Origin: Solobacterium sp.
GTDB lineage: Bacteria > Bacillota_I > Bacilli_A > Erysipelotrichales > Erysipelotrichaceae
Assembly: GCA_017432325.1 (NCBI GenBank)
Contig: JAFRJJ010000072.1
Location: 2,117-66,116, forward strand
Direction of reading: 5' to 3'
Length of the DNA: 64,000 nucleotides
In this document: one piece after another, positions 57,623-64,000 of the stretch
Layout of the letters: each line of letters begins with the position of its first letter
Numbering within the stretch: position 1 is the first letter of the stretch
Made by a program: the position numbers and the translations under genes
Notes under the pieces: model-generated
Told to the model about the DNA's origin: nothing
Database searches by the model: none
What the model saw: the letters and a program-made list of their open reading frames with translations, nothing else

Positions 57623-59455
57623 ATGAATTATGAGAAGATTATCAACATAGCAGTAATAGCTCACGTAGACGCAGGCAAGTCTACACTGGTCGATGCATTC
57701 CTGAAACAGAGCCATGTTTTCAAGGATAATGAGAAAGTTGTTGACTGCGTTATGGACAGCAATGACCTCGAACGTGAAAGAGGAATTACGATCTATTCCA
57801 AGAACTGTTCCGTACAGTACAAGGACTACAAGATCAACATCGTCGATACACCGGGCCACGCGGACTTCTCAAGTGAAGTCGAGCGTATCATCCGTACGGT
57901 CGATACGGTCATCCTGCTGGTAGACTCATCCGAAGGACCGATGCCTCAGACAAGATTCGTTCTCCAGAAATCGCTGGAGATCGGTCTCCGCCCGATCCTG
58001 CTGATCAATAAAATGGACAAGCCGGACGCACGCGCGGACGAGGTCATCGATGAGGTCTATGACCTGTTCCTGGATCTGAATGCCACAGACGACCAGCTGG
58101 ACTTCCCGATCCTCTACGGCGTTGCCAGAAAAGGCATCGTCCGTTACAACTTCGAGGATGAGAATGAAGACATCGTTCCGCTGTTCGAGACGATCCTGCA
58201 CCATTCACAGGCATATCCTGATCTGAGGGAAGAACCCCTCCAGATGCAGATCTGCGCACTTGCATATGATGACTATATCGGCAGACTCGGTATCGGAAGG
58301 ATCTACTCCGGTACAATGAAGCCTGCAGTCACATATACCGTATGCAATGCGGACGGAAAGAATACACTGGGAAAAACAAATCAGGTATTCGTCTACAAAG
58401 GACTGTCGAGAATCGCGACGGATGAAGCGCAGTGCGGCGAGATCGTCATGATCTCCGGTATCCCCGATATTTCCATCGGTGATACGATCTGCCCGCAGGG
58501 CGCTGCTGAACCGATGCCCATGATCTCGATCGAGGAACCGACCCTGTCCATGAACTTCATGGTCAACGATTCCCCGTTTGCCGGTCAGACAGGCAAGTTC
58601 GTCACTTCCAGAAACATCCGTGAACGTCTGGAAAAGGAACTGGAAGTCAATGTTGGTCTGAAGGTTGAAGAAACAGACTCCACCGATACGTTCAAGGTAT
58701 CGGGCAGAGGCGAACTCCATCTGACGATCCTGCTGGAACAGATGCGCCGTGAAGGCTATGAAGTGGCCGTGTCAAGACCGGAAGTCATTCTGAAGAAGAT
58801 CGACGGTGTTACCAACGAGCCTGTGGAAGAAGTCGTATGTTCCGTACCGAATGAATATTCCGGTACAGTTATCGGGGCCCTGAATATCAGAAAGGGCATG
58901 CTTCAGGATATGGAAGATGAAGGATCCTACACGAGGATCACATATCTTGTTCCGACCAGAGGTCTGATCGGCTACCGCACAGACTTCATCAACAGTACGC
59001 ATGGTGAAGGAACCATGGTACAGAGATTATACGGATATGAACCGTGGAAGGGAGACATTCCGCAGCGTGAAAACGGAGCCCTGATATCCACGGAAACAGG
59101 CGGGGCCATGACATATGCGCTCTGGAATATCCAGGAAAGAGGCCAGCTGTTTATCGGCGCACAGACACCTGTCTATGAAGGCATGATCATCGGTGTATCA
59201 GCCAAGAACATGGACATGGGCGTCAACCCGATCAAAAACAAGAAGATGACGGCTGTACGCTCTACCGGAAATGATGAAGCGATGAAGCTCGTACCGCCGA
59301 AGATCATGACACTGGAAGAGGCGATCGAATTCATCAATGATGATGAACTGGTCGAAGTCACTCCGACGGATATCCGTATCCGCAAGAAGTATCTCACCGC
59401 GCTTGACAGAAGACGTCATGCAAGGGAACTCGGAAAGATCGAGGAAGAAGCCTGA
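57623..59455 (+). CDS. typA: Translational GTPase TypA/BipA
   Basis: [40 protein letters not shown]. Confidence 0.97.
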   Translation: MNYEKIINIAVIAHVDAGKSTLVDAFLKQSHVFKDNEKVVDCVMDSNDLERERGITIYSKNCSVQYKDYKINIVDTPGHADFSSEVERIIRTVDTVILLVDSSEGPMPQTRFVLQKSLEIGLRPILLINKMDKPDARADEVIDEVYDLFLDLNATDDQLDFPILYGVARKGIVRYNFEDENEDIVPLFETILHHSQAYPDLREEPLQMQICALAYDDYIGRLGIGRIYSGTMKPAVTYTVCNADGKNTLGKTNQVFVYKGLSRIATDEAQCGEIVMISGIPDISIGDTICPQGAAEPMPMISIEEPTLSMNFMVNDSPFAGQTGKFVTSRNIRERLEKELEVNVGLKVEETDSTDTFKVSGRGELHLTILLEQMRREGYEVAVSRPEVILKKIDGVTNEPVEEVVCSVPNEYSGTVIGALNIRKGMLQDMEDEGSYTRITYLVPTRGLIGYRTDFINSTHGEGTMVQRLYGYEPWKGDIPQRENGALISTETGGAMTYALWNIQERGQLFIGAQTPVYEGMIIGVSAKNMDMGVNPIKNKKMTAVRSTGNDEAMKLVPPKIMTLEEAIEFINDDELVEVTPTDIRIRKKYLTALDRRRHARELGKIEEEA

Positions 59456-59459
59456 TCAT

Positions 59460-59496
59460 AAGGGACTGTAACAGAAAACTGTTATGGTCCTTTTTT
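59460..59496 (+). terminator. Intrinsic terminator after typA
   Basis: AGGGACTGTAACAG/CTGTTATGGTCCTT plus T-run. Confidence 0.7.
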
Positions 59497-59629
59497 CGTG
59501 GTGTTTCATTACGCTGCTGTGATTCAGCAGCACCGGAACAGCGGAAAATGACCTGCCCTGAACAAAAAACGGAGCAGCCGGGATATTTCCGGTTGCCCCA
59601 TGTTATCTCAGCGGATAACAGTGACTGGA

Positions 59630-60856
59630 TCAGTCTTCTACGGCATTGGCGACGATATTGAAGAAGCGCTCGTATGTCTTGGCAGAAGCGAATGTGGTGG
59701 ACATCTGGGTCATGAAGATAGCAGTGACATCCTTCTCAGGCCACACATTGAAGCTTGTGCCCCAGTATCCGGACCATGTGAAGGAACCGGGTGCCATGTA
59801 GTTGAGAACAGGTGAGGTATTGTTTCCCTGCACCGACATCAGATAGCCCCACTTGTTTCCGAAGAAGCTTTCATTCATGTCACCGATCCGGTTCGTCGTC
59901 ATCAGTTTGACGGCATTCTGGGAAAGGATACGCTTTCCGTTGTATACACCGCCGTTCAGCAGCATCTGTGTGAAGTGGAAGTAATCTTCTGCTGTGCCCA
60001 TCAGGCCGCCGGCCAGGTTGAAGAAACGCCTGACGTTCGAGAACGGCAGCTGGGTGTCATCTGTACCCGGCAGGTCATATGCTCTCAGAGGCTCCAGCGT
60101 ATTCTCGGCAAATACGACCGGGAAGCGGTCCCACTTGCTTTCTTCCGGGAAGAAGCAGGCATCCGTCATCTCCAGCGGCTCAAAGATATATTTCTTCAGA
60201 TATTCATCCAGAGGCATTCCGGAGACGATCTCAACGATACGCCCGAGTGTCAGAACATTCGTATTGGCATAATCCCAGCGCTCACCCGGCTGCGCAGCCA
60301 GAGGTACAGTGACAGCGATGTTGACATACTCCTCAAGGTTCATGTCAAGCGGGCGCATACAGTCAACGATACCGGCATCCCGCAGCAGCTGCGCACAGTG
60401 CATCGTAGCCGCGTTTCCGTACTGTACTTTTTCCGTAGCGGTAATGCCGCTGGTCATCGTCAGGAGGTCATGGACCGTGATCTGCCGCTTCAGAGGCGCC
60501 AGGGCAAACCCGCCGTTGACCGGAACTGCGACCTGCATCTTCGCAAACGCAGGAATATACATCGCAACGGGATCGGAGGGCATGACGAGGCCGCGGTCGA
60601 ACAGACGCATGACAGCTGCTGCGCCGATCGGCTTGGACATTGAAGCCAGACGGAAGATCGCGTCTGTCTGCATCGGTTTTCCGACGTCCGCGTCACCGTA
60701 TGCTTTGAACTGGACGACTTTTCCTTTTCTTGCGACCAGTGTAACGGAACCTCCGATCCTCTTTTCGCGGATCCCGCGCTCCATGACGGCATCGATATCC
60801 GCAAGACGCTCGGCAGACATACCCGCTTCATGCGGGGCAGTAAGCTGGATTCCCAT
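59630..60856 (-). CDS. Serine hydrolase, beta-lactamase class C / family VIII esterase type
   Basis: ASMSK (SxxK), LLTMTSG, QPGERWDYAN, WSGYWGT. Confidence 0.88.
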   Translation of the reverse strand: MGIQLTAPHEAGMSAERLADIDAVMERGIREKRIGGSVTLVARKGKVVQFKAYGDADVGKPMQTDAIFRLASMSKPIGAAAVMRLFDRGLVMPSDPVAMYIPAFAKMQVAVPVNGGFALAPLKRQITVHDLLTMTSGITATEKVQYGNAATMHCAQLLRDAGIVDCMRPLDMNLEEYVNIAVTVPLAAQPGERWDYANTNVLTLGRIVEIVSGMPLDEYLKKYIFEPLEMTDACFFPEESKWDRFPVVFAENTLEPLRAYDLPGTDDTQLPFSNVRRFFNLAGGLMGTAEDYFHFTQMLLNGGVYNGKRILSQNAVKLMTTNRIGDMNESFFGNKWGYLMSVQGNNTSPVLNYMAPGSFTWSGYWGTSFNVWPEKDVTAIFMTQMSTTFASAKTYERFFNIVANAVED

Positions 60857-61013
60857 AATTCTTAGCTCCTTTCATTCAATTACAGGTTCTTGAAACGATA
60901 AAAATACTGTGATGATGTAAAAGATAAAAAACTGATATTGTCCGTTTGTATTGATCAATGAGCGGTCTGGAAATGGCAGGGCAGGTACCCGGCCCGGCTG
61001 TATCTCTGTATAA

Positions 61014-61042
61014 ATTATATTGTGGTTAAAAATGCCTGCCAA
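61014..61042 (-). promoter_or_regulatory. Sigma-A promoter for the serine hydrolase, implying a leader of about 150 nt
   Basis: Minus strand TTGGCA-17 nt-TATAAT. Confidence 0.6.
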
Positions 61043-61140
61043 CGAATGTGCAACCATGTCTGAACATACAGATCCCGCTTCTTCTTTTATGTGACAGAAC
61101 GCACTGTTTCCAATATGATATTGCTGTAGAGAGGTTATTT

Positions 61141-61617
61141 ATGTTCAGAGAGATCATGAGATACAAGCAGGCACTTTCCGATGAACAGTGCATTGAAATA
61201 CTGAAGCAGACAAAACGCGGCGTACTGTCGGTATACGGTACGGAAGGATATCCGTACGGCCTGCCGATCGATCACTGGTATTGTGAGGAAAACGGAAAAC
61301 TGTATTTCCACTGCGGAAAGGCAGGACATAAGCTGGATGCGCTGTGTAAGGATCCCCGTGTATGCTATACGGTATATGGTGACGGGGAAACTGTCGAAGG
61401 GCAGTGGGCCCTGTACTTCCGGAGCGTGATCGTATTCGGAGAGATCGCGTTTGTGGAGGATGAAGAACGCATTGCCGATATCTGCAGACAGCTGAGCTAC
61501 AAGTTTACAGCTGATGAAAACTATATTGAGAAAGAGATAGCAGGACACCTGACAGCGACACTTGTGCTGGAGCTGACACCGCATCATATCAGCGGAAAAC
61601 GTGTCCAGGAGTCATAA
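61141..61617 (+). CDS. Pyridoxamine 5'-phosphate oxidase family (NimA-like) flavin-binding protein
   Basis: GYPYGLP, LYFHCGKAGHK, FRSVIVFG. Confidence 0.88.
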   Translation: MFREIMRYKQALSDEQCIEILKQTKRGVLSVYGTEGYPYGLPIDHWYCEENGKLYFHCGKAGHKLDALCKDPRVCYTVYGDGETVEGQWALYFRSVIVFGEIAFVEDEERIADICRQLSYKFTADENYIEKEIAGHLTATLVLELTPHHISGKRVQES

Positions 61618-61628
61618 GAGGAGGATCA

Positions 61629-62180
61629 ATGATGAAATGTGCTGTATTTCTGGCCAATGGATTTGAAGAATGTGAAGGAATGATCCCGGTTGACCTGCTG
61701 CGCAGGGCGGGGATGACAGTGGATACGGTCTCGATCACGGGGGACTATCCCGTTACGGGTTCACGCGGCGTAACAGTCCTGGCGGACAAACTGTGGAAGG
61801 ATATCGATCCGGAGTCATATGATATTCTGATCCTTCCGGGCGGAAAAAAGGGTAAAGAAAACCTTGAGGCATGTGAACCGCTGAAGGATGCATTCCGGAA
61901 ACATTACGAAGCAGGCAGGCTGACATGCGCGATCTGCGCTTCACCGTCCATCTTCGGACATATGGGCATCCTGAAGGGAAAGACGTTTACCTGCTTCCCG
62001 GATTTCAATGAGAACGGCTTCGGCGGAACATACAGTGAAGAACTGGCTGTACGTGACGGAAATCTGATCACCGGAAAAGGCATGGGCGCTTCGATCGAAT
62101 TCTCCAGAGAGATCATCAAGGCTGCCGCACCGGAACAGCTGGCAGCTGTCGAGGCAGGCATCCAGTACAGACCTTACTGA
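61629..62180 (+). CDS. DJ-1/PfpI family (YajL/ThiJ-like)
   Basis: GFEECE, ILPGG, AICASP. Confidence 0.9.
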   Translation: MMKCAVFLANGFEECEGMIPVDLLRRAGMTVDTVSITGDYPVTGSRGVTVLADKLWKDIDPESYDILILPGGKKGKENLEACEPLKDAFRKHYEAGRLTCAICASPSIFGHMGILKGKTFTCFPDFNENGFGGTYSEELAVRDGNLITGKGMGASIEFSREIIKAAAPEQLAAVEAGIQYRPY

Positions 62181-62299
62181 AACAGAAACTGACCGGTCTG
62201 TTAACTGTTCAGCGGTTTGCTGAAATGGTAAAATAATTCGAGGATAACACAGCAGAAACGGACTGTCCCGGAAGACCGTCCGTATCGGAAAGACTGATT

Positions 62300-62863
62300 A
62301 TGAAAAGAAGAATGAATCCCGCATCGATGCAGTGGGTCAACAAGCCCGGCATGACGATCATAAGCGGGGACAAACTGATCATTGAGACAGAACCGCACAC
62401 CAGCCTGAACGGACTGATGTACGGGTCCAGGGCAGCAGCGATCCTGGAACTGGAACCGATGAAGAATTTTACACTGGATCTGAGGGCTGACTATGAGTTT
62501 CACAAGAATGAAGACGAATGCGGCATCCTCCTGAAAGTCAGTGATCTTTATTGGTGCAAGTTCAGTCTTGTGCGCAGGGACAAGTCACTGGACCTGGTAT
62601 GCACGGTATACCGTAACGGATACGGGGACCGCTGCGTCAGGGAAGTGGGAGATATGATCAGTCATATGTATTTCCGTGTCCAGTACTGGAACGGAAATGC
62701 CAGGTTCTGCTACAGCTTCAACGGCGACCGCTATTCCGATATGAGATGGCTTCATCTGACAACACAGGAGATCACGGTGACTCCCGGCGTATACGCGTGC
62801 AGTCCGGGTGATTCCTGGTTTGACTGCACATTTTCGGAAATGTATATAACCGACGGAAAGTAA
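62300..62863 (+). CDS. DUF1349 family protein (ConA-like fold)
   Basis: GVYACSPGDSWF, YSFNGDRY. Confidence 0.7.
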   Translation: MKRRMNPASMQWVNKPGMTIISGDKLIIETEPHTSLNGLMYGSRAAAILELEPMKNFTLDLRADYEFHKNEDECGILLKVSDLYWCKFSLVRRDKSLDLVCTVYRNGYGDRCVREVGDMISHMYFRVQYWNGNARFCYSFNGDRYSDMRWLHLTTQEITVTPGVYACSPGDSWFDCTFSEMYITDGK

Positions 62864-62879
62864 AGAGAGGATGATTAAT

Positions 62880-64000
62880 ATGAGCTCAGTAGAAAGATTT
62901 ATCCGCTACATCAAGATCGATACACAGTCCGATCCGAAGCATTCGGATGTCGTACCGTCCACACAGAAACAGTTTGATCTTGCAAAGGTCCTGTATGAAG
63001 AACTGAAAGAGATGGGCCTGAGTGATGTCAGACTGGACGAACATTGCTATGTATACGGCAAGCTGCCTTCCAATCTGGATCATCCCGCAAAACGGGTCGG
63101 TTTTATCGCGCACATGGATACCGCTCCGGACTACAGCGGAACAAATGTCAATCCGCGCATTATTGAAAATTATGACGGCGGTGACATCGAACTGTGCGAA
63201 GGTGTTGTGACCAGGGTGAAAGACTTCCCGCAGATGCCTGCTTTGAAGGGAAAGAGCCTGATCGTAACTGACGGAAGCACACTGCTTGGCGCCGATGACA
63301 AGGCCGGCATAACCGCCATCATGGAAGCCGTTTCCTATCTGGTCAGTCACCCTGAAGTAAAGCACGGCGATATCGCTGTCGGGTTCACACCTGATGAAGA
63401 GATCGGCAACGGCCCGAAATTCTTTGACGTGGAAAACTTCGGCGCTGACTTTGCCTATACGCTGGATGGCGGACAGATCCGTTATCTGTGCGATGAGACA
63501 TTCAATGCGGCAGCCGCAGTGATCGACATTACAGGTTTCTCGATCCATCCTGGTTCCGCAAAAAACAAGATGATCAATGCGGTCAGTATGGCGGCCATGC
63601 TGCACAGCTATCTGCCCGCGCATATGAGACCTGAGCATACGGACGGATATGACGGATTCTTCCATCTGACCGAACTGAACGGCAACATGGACCGCGCGCA
63701 TATGGAGTACATTATCCGTGACCACAACGCGGCAAAACTGGAAGCGAAGAAAGAGATCCTGAGAAAAGCAGTTGATTACCTCAATGAAGTGATCGGAACA
63801 GAGGCGGCAGTCCTCACGATCACAGACAGCTACCGCAATATGAAAGAGATCCTGGATCAGAATCCCAAGGTGTCCGAATATGCATGGAATGCGATTCAGG
63901 ACCTTGGCCTTGAACCCGGCAGGGAATCCGCAAGAGGCGGAACAGACGGCGCAACACTGACATATATGGGACTCCCGTGCCCGAATATCGGAACCGGCGG
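62880..64000 (+). CDS. pepT: Peptidase T (M20B), 3'-truncated; missing from the supplied ORF track
   Basis: Translated by eye: MSSVERFIRYIKIDTQSDP, AHMDT, LGADDKAG, FTPDEEIG, HPGSAKNKM, RGGTDG. Confidence 0.95.
   Translation, partial: MSSVERFIRYIKIDTQSDPKHSDVVPSTQKQFDLAKVLYEELKEMGLSDVRLDEHCYVYGKLPSNLDHPAKRVGFIAHMDTAPDYSGTNVNPRIIENYDGGDIELCEGVVTRVKDFPQMPALKGKSLIVTDGSTLLGADDKAGITAIMEAVSYLVSHPEVKHGDIAVGFTPDEEIGNGPKFFDVENFGADFAYTLDGGQIRYLCDETFNAAAAVIDITGFSIHPGSAKNKMINAVSMAAMLHSYLPAHMRPEHTDGYDGFFHLTELNGNMDRAHMEYIIRDHNAAKLEAKKEILRKAVDYLNEVIGTEAAVLTITDSYRNMKEILDQNPKVSEYAWNAIQDLGLEPGRESARGGTDGATLTYMGLPCPNIGTG

Noticed and set aside
59630-60856. Serine hydrolase as a true beta-lactamase
   Set aside because: No signal peptide; LLTMTSG and related motifs fit family VIII esterases better.

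Overview
Ordinary chromosomal DNA (roughly 50% GC by eye) from an anaerobic Firmicute. The gene set and protein style suggest Erysipelotrichaceae (Solobacterium-like), which is an inference. About 50 CDS and 3 tRNA genes are present. I saw no rRNA, CRISPR array, transposase, integrase or phage genes. Housekeeping genes: efp, argG-argH, ansA, tdh-kbl, fucO, glmS, typA and a partial pepT. Accessory content: (i) an Opp/Dpp-type ABC transporter followed by two paralogous cytoplasmic double-domain esterases; (ii) a six-gene catabolic cluster with two class II aldolase-like genes, an FAD oxidoreductase, DUF1667, an APH-like kinase and a BON-GlpA-like dehydrogenase; (iii) a MarR + radical SAM cassette with a clear operator; (iv) a PucR-type regulator divergent from an enoate-reductase-like flavoenzyme; (v) a CobW GTPase with about 50 His in a tandem repeat; (vi) an in-frame MBL-kinase fusion; (vii) several lipoproteins. 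The most unusual signal is an intact-looking tRNA-Pro with anticodon AGG (A34), which is rare in bacteria. The EF-P in the same window has lost its conserved GDT loop. A csRNA-like small-RNA candidate lies near 48.0 kb. All calls are by-eye motif recognition; no database searches were run.
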